Shown one piece after another: positions 29,626-39,035 of a stretch of DNA of 64,000 nt. Source of the DNA: an uncultured Christensenella sp. (GTDB lineage: Bacteria > Bacillota > Clostridia > Christensenellales > UBA1242). The notes below the pieces were generated by a model. The model was not told the origin of the DNA. It saw only the letters and a list, made by a program, of their open reading frames with translations, and made no database searches. The stretch lies in NCBI GenBank assembly GCA_949292875.1, contig CASFBJ010000008.1, positions 4,547-68,546 of the forward strand, written 5' to 3'. Each line of letters begins with the position of its first letter. Position 1 is the stretch's first letter. The translations under genes and the position numbers were made by a program.

Positions 29626-29916
29626 ATGCTAAAGATTCGTTTACAAAGATTTGGTGATAAAGGAAATCCTAATTACCGTGTAGTTGTTGCAGATTCAAGA
29701 AATCCTAGAGATGGAAAGTTTAAAGAATTGTTAGGAACTTTCAATCCTATGAGAGAACCTGAAGAAATAAAAATAAATGCAGAACTTGTAAAGAAATGGA
29801 TTGCTAATGGTGCACAACCTACAGATACTGCTCGTGCATTGCTTGAGAAAGTTGGTATATTAGAGAAAAAACCTTGCACAAAAGTTTTTAAGAAAAAAGA
29901 AAAGAAAGAGGACTAA
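29626..29916 (+). CDS. rpsP: 30S ribosomal protein S16
   Basis: [41 protein letters not shown]. Confidence 0.92.
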   Translation: MLKIRLQRFGDKGNPNYRVVVADSRNPRDGKFKELLGTFNPMREPEEIKINAELVKKWIANGAQPTDTARALLEKVGILEKKPCTKVFKKKEKKED

Positions 29917-29919
29917 TAA

Positions 29920-30153
29920 GTGAAAGAGTTATTAAAATATATCATCAAAAGTTTGGTATCTAAACCAGATTTAGTTCAAGTAGAAGAAATAGAAGATGGT
30001 GCTTTTATGGTGCTAAAAGTAATTGCAAGTGAAGACGATTATGGAAAGATAATTGGTAAAAATGGCAAAGTAGCACAAGCATTGCGTTCTATTATTCGTA
30101 CTGCAAATAAGGAAAAAGATATTCGTTATTTAATAAAAATAGGCGATAAATAA
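29920..30153 (+). CDS. KH-domain RNA-binding protein (YlqC/UPF0109)
   Basis: GKIIGKNGKVAQALRSIIRTA is a KH GXXG motif. GTG start after RBS aagagga. The position after rpsP is conserved. Confidence 0.8.
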   Translation: MKELLKYIIKSLVSKPDLVQVEEIEDGAFMVLKVIASEDDYGKIIGKNGKVAQALRSIIRTANKEKDIRYLIKIGDK

Positions 30154-30210
30154 AAAGAGCATTATATATTAGTGTCGTGTAAAACTTCACTTTTATATAA
30201 TGCTTTTTGT

Positions 30211-30444
30211 TTATTTTAATTCGTCTTTATCTCTCATTAACATTATTCTGCCTCTATTTGCTATAGCTACATATATTAGGTACAATGTTGCTAAGCCTAC
30301 AAGTATGTATATTATTCTGCTAAAAACACTTGCTGTAGAGCCAAATATACCTGCAACTATATCAAATTGGAAAATTCCTACACTAAGCCAATTTAATCCA
30401 CCTATAGCGAGTATAATGCTAGCAATCAAATTTATAATTCTCAT
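30211..30444 (-). CDS. DUF378 family small membrane protein
   Basis: IGGLNWLSVGIFQFDIVAGIFG...SRIIYILVGLATLY is the typical DUF378 pattern. The + strand ORF at 30200-30475 is its antisense shadow. Confidence 0.75.
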   Translation of the reverse strand: MRIINLIASIILAIGGLNWLSVGIFQFDIVAGIFGSTASVFSRIIYILVGLATLYLIYVAIANRGRIMLMRDKDELK

Positions 30445-30595
30445 TTTTATTCTCCTTTTTCTTAGTCAATTATAGTGTACGCTTAAAAATGAATATTATA
30501 CTAAAAATAATAACTTTTTATTTTTACTCTTTTGCTTGCGTTCAACTAATTTTTGTTATATACTTATAAAGTATTTAATTTTTAGAGGTTTATAT

Positions 30596-31729
30596 ATGAT
30601 AGAAGTAAAAGAAGTAACAAATAAGAAAATGCAAAAAGAATTTTTAAATTTTCCTGATTTATTGTACAAAGATTGTCCTTATTATGTGCCAGCATTAATA
30701 GGAGATGAAAAAAAGATTTTTAAACCTACATATTATTATTATGAAAATTGTGAAGCTATTTATTTCAATGCCTATAAAGATGGTGAAATGGTTGGTAGAA
30801 TTTCTGGTATTATACAAAAACAATCTAATGAAAAAAATAATGAAAAAAGAGCTAGATTTACTCGTTTTGATACTATTGATGATTTAGAAGTTGCAAAAGC
30901 ACTCCTTTCTAAAGCTGAAGAATGGGCTATAAGTAAAGGAATGGATACAATTTGTGGACCATTAGGTTTTAGTGACTTAGAAAGATTAGGTATGCTTGTT
31001 AAAGGCTTTAGAGAATATGCAACATATGAAGAAGCATATAATTATGATTATTATCCAAAGTTAATAGAGCAGTGTGGTTACGAAAAAGAAGTAGACTGGT
31101 TAGAGTTTAAACTTTTTCCGCCAAGAGTGATGGATGAAAAGATTACAAGGCTTTCAAAAGCAGTGCAAAAGCGATATAAATTACATGTCCCTGAAGTGAA
31201 AAATGTTTCAAAATTTTTAGATAAATATGAAAATCAAGTTTTTGAAGTTTTAGATGAATGTTATAAAGATTTGTATGGAACTGTGCCTTTTACTGAAAGT
31301 ATGATAAAAAATCTCGTGGCTCAGTTTAAGTTAGTAATTAAACCTGAGTGTCTTATAGCTGTATGTGATGAAAATGAAAATGTTGTTGCTTTTGGTTTTG
31401 GAATGCCATCTCTTGGAGAAGCTGTAAAGAAGAGTAAGGGTAAAATGTTACCTTTTGGTTGGTACAGAATTCTTAAGGCTATAAAAAATGTGAAGGTAAT
31501 GGATTTAGCTGTTATAGGTGTAAAACCTGAGTTACAACACTCTGGTATAGTTGCTGTACTTATGGAAAGATTAATGAATGTTATGGTAGATGAAAAGCTA
31601 GAGCATTGCGAAACTAATTTTTGTTTGGAGCATAACACAAAGATACTAAAAACTTGGGAACTTTTTGAAAGGGAACAACACAAAACTAGAAGAGCATATG
31701 TAAAAAAATTAGTTAAGGAGGAAAATTAA
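30596..31729 (+). CDS. GNAT-like N-acetyltransferase family protein (about 378 aa)
   Basis: N-terminal FLNFPDLLYKDCPYYVPALIGDEKKIF pattern seen in long GNAT-fold proteins. The start at 30596 follows RBS agagg. Confidence 0.55.
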   Translation: MIEVKEVTNKKMQKEFLNFPDLLYKDCPYYVPALIGDEKKIFKPTYYYYENCEAIYFNAYKDGEMVGRISGIIQKQSNEKNNEKRARFTRFDTIDDLEVAKALLSKAEEWAISKGMDTICGPLGFSDLERLGMLVKGFREYATYEEAYNYDYYPKLIEQCGYEKEVDWLEFKLFPPRVMDEKITRLSKAVQKRYKLHVPEVKNVSKFLDKYENQVFEVLDECYKDLYGTVPFTESMIKNLVAQFKLVIKPECLIAVCDENENVVAFGFGMPSLGEAVKKSKGKMLPFGWYRILKAIKNVKVMDLAVIGVKPELQHSGIVAVLMERLMNVMVDEKLEHCETNFCLEHNTKILKTWELFEREQHKTRRAYVKKLVKEEN

Positions 31730-32217
31730 TGGGTTTTATAGATTGGCTTACAAAAGACAATTCCGTTGCGGTAGATGAAGAAGTTAAAGAAGAAAAAAAT
31801 GAAGTTGTAGAGCAACCAGTAATAGATGATGATGCTCTAAATTGTTTGAAAGAACTTTCAAATAATGAAAAAATGCAAACTGCTGAATATGATGAAGAAT
31901 ACGACAATGAAGATGATTTTGAAGTAAATAAGTTGCCTCAAACAAATTTTCAAATGCAACAAAATGCCTCTTTTACTATTTTTAAGGTTATAGATGAAGA
32001 GGATGTAAGACAAGTTTTGAAACATTTAAGTGAAAATGCTCCTTGTATTGCAACATTTGAAAATGTTAAGAAAAAGGACTTAATATTATTAATGAAGTAT
32101 TTGCAAGGAGGGACTTTTGTGCTAGGCGCTAATATGAGTGAATGGCAAAAAGATGCTTACATTATAGTACCTCGTGGAATGACAATTAATCTACAGGAAA
32201 AAACGAAAAGGAAATAA
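31729..32217 (+). CDS. sepF: Cell division protein SepF-like
   Basis: C-terminal SepF fold pattern: FTIFKVIDEEDVRQVLKHLSENAPCIATFENV...LMKYLQGGTFVLGANMSEWQKDAYIIVPRG. Confidence 0.65.
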   Translation: MGFIDWLTKDNSVAVDEEVKEEKNEVVEQPVIDDDALNCLKELSNNEKMQTAEYDEEYDNEDDFEVNKLPQTNFQMQQNASFTIFKVIDEEDVRQVLKHLSENAPCIATFENVKKKDLILLMKYLQGGTFVLGANMSEWQKDAYIIVPRGMTINLQEKTKRK

Positions 32218-32220
32218 TAT

Positions 32221-32865
32221 ATGTCTCATATAAAACAAATATTTTCTAAGACAAACCTTATTTTGTACGGTATAATATTGGGTATAGTTTTTTTAGATTT
32301 GCTTTCAAAATTTTTAGTAGATACATTTATGGACTTATATGAATCTGTACCTTTTATAGAAGGTTTTATTAATTTTACATATATAGCGAATAAAGGCGGG
32401 GCTTGGGGAATGCTTGCTGAATCAGGCGCAACTCTATGGCTTGCAATATTTTCGCTTATCTTTATCATAATATTTTTTAGTTTAAATGCTTATTATATAA
32501 AGAAGAAAAATTTATTGTATCATTTTAGTTTTTGCTTAATTGTAGGTGGAACTTTTGGAAATATGATTGATAGATTTTCGCTTGGTTATGTGAGAGATTT
32601 TATAGAGTTTGATTTTATAAATTTCCCTGTATTTAACATAGCGGATATATGCTTAGTTGTAGGAGTATTTTTGTTTTGTTTGTGGTATATCTTGTCATTA
32701 TACAAAGAATGTAAAATTAATTCAAGTGATGTGATATGTAGTACCGGTGAAACTAATGAGCAAAGCAATAATATAAAAAATATGGAGCATTCTATTGAGG
32801 ACAATAATAACAAGTTGGAAAAAAACGAAAAAGATAACAATATAAAAACTGATAATATAAAATAA
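32221..32865 (+). CDS. lspA: Lipoprotein signal peptidase (signal peptidase II) with an Asn/Lys-rich C-terminal extension
   Basis: ANKGGAWGM, GGTFGNMIDRFSLGYVRDFI, FPVFNIADI motifs. Confidence 0.85.
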   Translation: MSHIKQIFSKTNLILYGIILGIVFLDLLSKFLVDTFMDLYESVPFIEGFINFTYIANKGGAWGMLAESGATLWLAIFSLIFIIIFFSLNAYYIKKKNLLYHFSFCLIVGGTFGNMIDRFSLGYVRDFIEFDFINFPVFNIADICLVVGVFLFCLWYILSLYKECKINSSDVICSTGETNEQSNNIKNMEHSIEDNNNKLEKNEKDNNIKTDNIK

Positions 32866-32931
32866 TTATAATGCTAATGGAATAATAAAAACATTTATTG
32901 CACACATTATTATTAGTAGGAGGTGTGATAA

Positions 32932-33192
32932 ATGAAAAAGATATTTTTACTTATTTTTCCATTAGCTTTTTTGATAGGTTTAATGCCTTATTTCTTTTCA
33001 AATCAAGAAGTAAGTTATACAAGTTCACATCCAAATATTTCTCCTGAAGAAGAACAAGTTCAAACTTTTAGTAAAGAAGATAGTAAAAAACTAGAAAGGG
33101 AAGTGAAGAAAGTAGAGAAGATAAGTGCAGATGTTATAGGTGTAACAGAAAATGCAACTAAACTTATAACAGATGGAATTTATAGCATTTAA
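32932..33192 (+). CDS. Small secreted or membrane-anchored hypothetical protein
   Basis: RBS aggagg; N-terminal signal-like segment MKKIFLLIFPLAFLIGL. Confidence 0.45.
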   Translation: MKKIFLLIFPLAFLIGLMPYFFSNQEVSYTSSHPNISPEEEQVQTFSKEDSKKLEREVKKVEKISADVIGVTENATKLITDGIYSI

Positions 33193-33200
33193 TATAATTA

Positions 33201-33284
33201 TATTTGTAGAAAGATAGTAAAATTGTATAAAAAGCTACTATTTGTAGAAAGATAGTAAAATTGTATAAAAAGCTACTATTTGTA
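33201..33284. repeat. Tandem direct repeat, 38-bp unit, 2.2 copies
   Basis: tatttgtagaaagatagtaaaattgtataaaaagctac occurs at 33201-33238 and again, identical, at 33239-33276. A third copy begins at 33277 (tatttgta). Confidence 0.9.
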
Positions 33285-33423
33285 TAAATGTAAAATAAAA
33301 TTTAGTTTTTTATAACTATTATACTTGAATTATTTAAGTTTTTTTGATATAATGAATATCCGTAGAGCGGATATTTTTATTTTAAAAAATTTGTTTATAT
33401 ATTAAGTTTTATTGGAGAAAATC

Positions 33424-34248
33424 ATGAAGGTGTGTTGTTTGGCAAGTGGAAGTAAGGGTAATATGACATATGTGGAAACTGAAGATTTAAAACTTTTAAT
33501 TGATTGTGGTTTAGGTATAAGAGATGTAGAAAGTAGACTTGATAAAATTAATGTAAATCCTCAAGACATTGATTTAATACTTATAACGCATGAACATTCG
33601 GACCATATTTCAGGAATAAACAAGCTATATACAAAGTATAATGTAAAACCTTATGTACATTTCCAAAGTTTTGATTCTGTAAGAGAAAAAACTAGACTTA
33701 CAAAAAATAGTTTTATCACATTTTATAACTCTGATTTTTATATCGGCAGTACTATTATAACTCCGCTTTTATTAAGTCACGACGCAAGTAGTTGTGTGGG
33801 CTTTAGTATAGTATCTCCTTCAGGTAAAATGGCAATTATTACTGACACGGGAACAATTAAAACCGAAGTTTTGAATATAATAAAGAATAGTGATGTTGTA
33901 ATATTAGAAGCAAATCATAATGAGGTAATGCTTAGAAATAATCCAAACTATCCTATAGCATTAAAAAAGCGCATCCTTTCAAATATAGGTCATTTAAGTA
34001 ATAGGCAATCTGCTGATTATATGTATAAGTTATTCGAATTAGGTTGTAAACAATTTGTGCTTGCGCATTTGAGTGAAAACAACAATACTCCAAAACTTGC
34101 TTATATGGACATCACAGAATATATGATGTCTAATGATTTAATAGAAGGGAAAGATTATTTTATAGATTTAGCTTGGCAAGATAGAGTAGGAACTGTATAC
34201 AATATACAACAAGAAAATAGTGTAAAAGTCGAAAATGTAACTTTTTAG
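33424..34248 (+). CDS. MBL-fold metallo-hydrolase (YycJ/WalJ-like)
   Basis: LITHEHSDH motif, plus DTG and AHLS motifs. The ATG at 33424 is preferred over the TTG at 33412. Confidence 0.8.
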   Translation: MKVCCLASGSKGNMTYVETEDLKLLIDCGLGIRDVESRLDKINVNPQDIDLILITHEHSDHISGINKLYTKYNVKPYVHFQSFDSVREKTRLTKNSFITFYNSDFYIGSTIITPLLLSHDASSCVGFSIVSPSGKMAIITDTGTIKTEVLNIIKNSDVVILEANHNEVMLRNNPNYPIALKKRILSNIGHLSNRQSADYMYKLFELGCKQFVLAHLSENNNTPKLAYMDITEYMMSNDLIEGKDYFIDLAWQDRVGTVYNIQQENSVKVENVTF

Positions 34249-34257
34249 GGGTTTAAA

Positions 34258-35742
34258 GTGAAAAAAGATGGTAAAAAAACAATCAATCAACTAGAAGATG
34301 AAACCAAAAATTGTTCTTTAGATAATCAATCTTTAAATGAAAAAAATGAGGTTAAAGAAAAAAAAGAAGTTGAAGAAATAAATAAAGATTGTGAAAATAT
34401 AGATGATATTGGTCAAATAGTTGATGAAGATATTTTTAGGAAAAAGTTAAAGCGAAGTAAGGAATTAGTAAACAAAGATAAGTCACCTCAAAAGAAATTA
34501 TGGTCTTTTATATTTTTTGTATTAAATGTTGTTATTGTAGCTATCATCTTACTTGGAATGCTTGAAGGTGATAATTACACTCCTTTAGATAAAATTCCTT
34601 TTAATTATTGGTGGATTTTTGCCTCTATTATGGCTTTTGTTGTAATGGTTCTTATTGATCAAGTAAGATTTTGGCTACTTATTAAAAAGTCTACTAAAAT
34701 GAAACGCCCTTTTCTTGCTTATAAAGTAGGGGCGGTAGGGAAGTATTATGATGCTATAACTCCTTTATCTACAGGTGGGCAACCTTTTCAAGCGTATTAT
34801 CTAACGACTAGAGGAATTAAGGCTAGTCATGCAGTATCTATTCCTATTGCAAAATATATAGCGCAACAACTTGTTTTTTCTGTTTTGTCTATAATTATAC
34901 TTATTCTTGCATTCACAGAATATAAGCATCTGCTACCTGATGGCTTTGGAACTGATTGGGTTCTTTTGGCTTGCTGGATTGGTTTCATTTGTAATTTTGT
35001 TTTAGTAGCACTAGTTATTTTGCTTTCTATAGGAACTTTTGGGAAAAAATTTGTTTTAGGTATATTAAAGTTTTTAAATAAAATAAAACTTATTAAAAAT
35101 TATGATGCAACATATGAAAAACTTTTAAATATAGTTGAAGAATATCAAAGAACAGTAAAGTTTTTTGTAAAATCTCCTTTCTTACTTATTGCGACGATAC
35201 TTTTTAGTGTTGCATATCTAGTTATACAATACTCAATCCCTTATTTTATTTATTGTGCTTTTTGTGGCACTCCAAGTACAGAAGTTTGGGTTCAAATGCT
35301 CATTGTATCATTGATGATTGATTTGGCAGCTAGTTTTATACCATTACCTGGCGGTAGTGGTGTTGCTGAACTATCTTTTACTGCAATGTTTGCTGGACTT
35401 TTCTTAGGTGCAAGTTTTTGGGCTTTGTTATTCTGGCGATTGCTAACTTATTATGGATATGTTATACAAGGATTTTTGCTTTTGGTTTACGATGCGGCTT
35501 GGGGAAATAAGAAAAACAAAAAGCATCTTGCTTATTTAAAAGAACATGATGAGTATTATAAAAATGTTAATGAAATTAATGATGTTTTGTTAAACGATGA
35601 AAAAGAAAATAGCAATTTAGATGCGTCAGTTGAACAAACTGAAGAAATAAGCATTCATGAACAAACTGAAGAACTGTTACAAGATGAAAAAGGGAATGAA
35701 GACATAGAACAAAATAGTAAAAATATTGATGCAAATAACTAA
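34258..35742 (+). CDS. Flippase-like / lysylphosphatidylglycerol synthase TM-region family (UPF0104) membrane protein with charged terminal extensions
   Basis: Multi-pass membrane core with TPLSTGGQPFQAYYL and IPLPGGSGVAELSF motifs. K/E-rich N-terminus and acidic C-terminus. Confidence 0.65.
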   Translation: MKKDGKKTINQLEDETKNCSLDNQSLNEKNEVKEKKEVEEINKDCENIDDIGQIVDEDIFRKKLKRSKELVNKDKSPQKKLWSFIFFVLNVVIVAIILLGMLEGDNYTPLDKIPFNYWWIFASIMAFVVMVLIDQVRFWLLIKKSTKMKRPFLAYKVGAVGKYYDAITPLSTGGQPFQAYYLTTRGIKASHAVSIPIAKYIAQQLVFSVLSIIILILAFTEYKHLLPDGFGTDWVLLACWIGFICNFVLVALVILLSIGTFGKKFVLGILKFLNKIKLIKNYDATYEKLLNIVEEYQRTVKFFVKSPFLLIATILFSVAYLVIQYSIPYFIYCAFCGTPSTEVWVQMLIVSLMIDLAASFIPLPGGSGVAELSFTAMFAGLFLGASFWALLFWRLLTYYGYVIQGFLLLVYDAAWGNKKNKKHLAYLKEHDEYYKNVNEINDVLLNDEKENSNLDASVEQTEEISIHEQTEELLQDEKGNEDIEQNSKNIDANN

Positions 35743-35754
35743 AAAAGAAGATGA

Positions 35755-37095
35755 TTATTCATCTTCTTTTTCTATAACAAAAGTTAAAAAATTTTTTGTT
35801 AAGTCGTCGTATTTTACTAATTCGCTTACTTCTATACCTAATACAACATAAACCATATTTTCATGTGCTATTAAAGGAATGAAATCTCTTTTTCTTTGTG
35901 GTATTTTTTTATCAATAAAAAAATCTTTTAATTTCTTTTTTCCGCCACCAAATTTTACAAATATGTCGCCTTCTTGTCTATATCTTATAACGCAATTTGT
36001 AGGGAGTTTGTCATAGTCAATTATGTGTCTATATAGGTTTTTGTTTTGCAAACTTTTCTGTTTTTTTATAGTAACCGTACCAAAATTTTCAAAAACATAT
36101 TGTTCTAATTTCAAATCTATAGGTTCTAATACATTTTTTAAGATTTTGTTAGTTATGGTTATTTTGTCATAATCTTTGTATACTATAACATTGTGCGGTA
36201 AATCTATTTTACTGCCATTTTGCGCTTCTAAGGCAAATTTGTATACTATATCAAAATGTTTTTTTTCTATGTCTTTATATATTTGTAAAAGATTAAATGC
36301 TTTTTTTAATAATCTATATATTATAGAAGTATGTTCGCTAAAAACTTTTAAAGGAACATATACTTGATTATTTTTTTTCTCTAATAAGTCTAAATTAGTA
36401 TTTGATAAAATATAATTTTCATCTAATTTGCAATTATTTGAAAAGCTACATATGTTTTTTTCAAATGCAGGAAATTTTTCTTGAATAATAGGGAAGATTA
36501 CATTTCTTATATAATTTCTTGAGTATTCATTATCTAGGTTTGTTTCATCTGTCATATATGTTAAATTATTTGCGTTTATATAGCTAATAATTTCATACTT
36601 TGAAGTATGTAACAATGGTCTAATGTAGAAATCTCTTTTTTCATCCATACCACAAGCGCCTTTTAATCCGCTTCCTCTTAATATATGTAACATTACAGTT
36701 TCTGCTTGGTCTAGCATATGATGTGCTAATGCTACTTTTGTAATGATTTTATCTTCATAACATTTTGCAAAAAAATTGTATCTTAATTCTCTAGCGCCAT
36801 CTTCTATACTTAAGCCATTTTGTTTGCAATAGGAAGAAACATCTACTTGAGTACTTAGTAACTTTATTCCTTTACTTGCACAGTAATCTGTTACAAATTT
36901 TGCATCTCTTAAGCTAGTTTCTCTTAAAGTATGGTCCACATGTAATGCTATAATATCAAAATTCATTTTGTCTTTTATTTCATGCAAAAAATTTAGTAAT
37001 GCTATACTATCACTTCCACCACTAACAGCTACACCTACAATGTCGTTTTTTTGAATTAAATTATACTTTACTATAGTATTGTATACACTTTGCAT
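35755..37095 (-). CDS. tilS: tRNA(Ile)-lysidine synthase
   Basis: PP-loop VAVSGGSDSIALL; LHVDHTLR; AHHMLDQAETVMLHILRGSG. Confidence 0.87.
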   Translation of the reverse strand: MQSVYNTIVKYNLIQKNDIVGVAVSGGSDSIALLNFLHEIKDKMNFDIIALHVDHTLRETSLRDAKFVTDYCASKGIKLLSTQVDVSSYCKQNGLSIEDGARELRYNFFAKCYEDKIITKVALAHHMLDQAETVMLHILRGSGLKGACGMDEKRDFYIRPLLHTSKYEIISYINANNLTYMTDETNLDNEYSRNYIRNVIFPIIQEKFPAFEKNICSFSNNCKLDENYILSNTNLDLLEKKNNQVYVPLKVFSEHTSIIYRLLKKAFNLLQIYKDIEKKHFDIVYKFALEAQNGSKIDLPHNVIVYKDYDKITITNKILKNVLEPIDLKLEQYVFENFGTVTIKKQKSLQNKNLYRHIIDYDKLPTNCVIRYRQEGDIFVKFGGGKKKLKDFFIDKKIPQRKRDFIPLIAHENMVYVVLGIEVSELVKYDDLTKNFLTFVIEKEDE

Positions 37096-37182
37096 TATAT
37101 ATCTCCAATTATGAGTATATTGTACAATTTATTCTTTTATTTGTCAATATTATGCAAAATGTATTTTGTCGTATTTTACATT

Positions 37183-38916
37183 TTATTGTACAGTAACGCT
37201 TTTAGCCAGATTCCTTGGTCTATCGGGGTTAAGGTTTAAAATGTTGCAAGACTTATATGCTAACTTTTGAAAAGGTATAATACTATACAAATTTATAGGC
37301 ATATTTTTCTTTCTTTCTAACTTTATTATGTAGTCCGCAGTGTCTTTGGGAACATCTAAAGTAGTTATTAGGGCGGTTTTTCCATTTCTAGTTTTTATTT
37401 CATTTATTGCTGTAAAAATAGAATTAGCATATTTTTCTTGTGTTAAAATGGCTATACTTAAAGTGTTTTTGTCAATTATAGACAGTGTGCCGTGTTTTAA
37501 TTCTCCACAAGGATAGGAGATGGCGTTTCTATATGTAAGTTCTCTGTATTTTAAAACTCCTTCCATAGCAGACACATAATCTTCGCATTTTCCTATAAAA
37601 ATTACAGTACTAGATTTACACATTTCTTTAGCAAGTTCATCTTCTTTATTTGACTTGATTAGGTCTGTTAAAAGTTTTGCATCTATGTCTATATCTTTTT
37701 TCTTGCATAGAAAATATATAGCAAGTATAGTGCAATTATAAACTTTAGTTGAAGCAACACTAACTTCTTTTCCTGCATATATAGGCAAACAATAATTACA
37801 TATTTTACTTAATTGACTATGAGTAGTATTTGTTATACCTAATGTTTTATATCCTAAATCTTTTACTTTTAAAAGCGCTTGCAAAGTGTCGTAGGTTTCA
37901 CCGCTTTGACTAATGAAAATAAATAAAGAATTTTTGTCAGTCAAAATTTCTTGGAATAAAAACTCACTTGCAATATGGCAAGTGCAGGGAATCTTAAGTA
38001 AATTTTCAATAATGTATTTTCCAATGCATGCTGAATGATACGCTGTGCCACAAGCGATTATATGTATTTGCTTATATTCTTTTAGGTCAGGTATTTTATG
38101 AGTAGAATTTTTGTAATGAAATAGTGTATTGCATAGTGCTTGAGGGATATCATTTATTTCTTTTTCTAAAAATGAACCGAATTCACCTTTAGAACTACTA
38201 TAATCAAAATCTTTAAATTCTATGCTTTCTTTTTCTATTTGTATATTGTACATGTTAAAAAAAGTAATTTTTTGTCCATTTGCAATGAAACATTCTCCGT
38301 CATTTAATTCATAATATTCTTTTATTAAGCCTTGAAATGCTATAAGGTCACTGCTAAAAACATAACCAGCTTCCATTTTGCCTACATAAAGTGGAGATTT
38401 GTTTTTAACTCCATAAATGCATTTTTCACAGTCTTGAACTTGCGCTAGAATTGCATATGAACCTTCTAACAGACTTATAGCATCTATAAAACTAGACATA
38501 CTTACTCCGTTTATAAAAAATTGTCTATCTATAGTTTGCGCAATAATTTCACTGTCGCAATCGCTTATTAGTTTGTCCTTTAAATTAAGAGACTTTATTA
38601 AATCTTTATAATTATCTATTATCCCATTATGAACAATGCAAACTTTTCCAATATGGTGAGGGTGTGTGTTTTTTTCACATATATTTCCATGTGTCGCCCA
38701 CCTTGTGTGGCAAATTATATTTTTAGATTTTTTGCTACTTATTTTATCGTATAAAGTTTTTATGTATCCAACGCTTTTGTATACATTTAGTTTGTTTTTA
38801 TCTAATGTACTTATCCCTACAGAGTCATAACCTCTATATTCTAAAAGTTCAAGTCTTTGTAAGGCTTGTTTTAATTCGTATGAATGCTTTGAAATAATGC
38901 CAAATATACCACACAT
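37183..38916 (-). CDS. glmS: Glutamine-fructose-6-phosphate aminotransferase
   Basis: MCGIFGI N-terminus (Ntn Cys), two SIS domains, C-terminal RNLAKSVTVQ. Confidence 0.92.
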   Translation of the reverse strand: MCGIFGIISKHSYELKQALQRLELLEYRGYDSVGISTLDKNKLNVYKSVGYIKTLYDKISSKKSKNIICHTRWATHGNICEKNTHPHHIGKVCIVHNGIIDNYKDLIKSLNLKDKLISDCDSEIIAQTIDRQFFINGVSMSSFIDAISLLEGSYAILAQVQDCEKCIYGVKNKSPLYVGKMEAGYVFSSDLIAFQGLIKEYYELNDGECFIANGQKITFFNMYNIQIEKESIEFKDFDYSSSKGEFGSFLEKEINDIPQALCNTLFHYKNSTHKIPDLKEYKQIHIIACGTAYHSACIGKYIIENLLKIPCTCHIASEFLFQEILTDKNSLFIFISQSGETYDTLQALLKVKDLGYKTLGITNTTHSQLSKICNYCLPIYAGKEVSVASTKVYNCTILAIYFLCKKKDIDIDAKLLTDLIKSNKEDELAKEMCKSSTVIFIGKCEDYVSAMEGVLKYRELTYRNAISYPCGELKHGTLSIIDKNTLSIAILTQEKYANSIFTAINEIKTRNGKTALITTLDVPKDTADYIIKLERKKNMPINLYSIIPFQKLAYKSCNILNLNPDRPRNLAKSVTVQ

Positions 38917-39035
38917 AAATAAAATTCCTTTTTAAAATTTTGATATAATTAATTATGCGTGATGCATTTAAAATGTTTATATGCTTGCATTTTTTATAAA
39001 TATTTTTTATAATTAAAAGATGTTTAGGAGGTAAT

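Noticed and set aside
30154-30210. Long inverted repeat after the KH-protein gene
   Set aside because: The gcattatata/tatataatgc stem with a 24-nt loop lies between convergent genes, so it is most simply a shared terminator.
33201-33284. CRISPR array?
   Set aside because: The 38-bp units are directly adjacent with no spacers, there are only 2.2 copies, and no cas genes are nearby. This is a tandem duplication, not a CRISPR array.
38917-39035. Possible glmS ribozyme upstream of glmS (minus strand)
   Set aside because: Only about 119 nt separate glmS from the divergent CPBP gene. The stretch is almost pure A/T and has none of the G+C-rich paired core expected of the glmS ribozyme. It looks like two back-to-back promoters.
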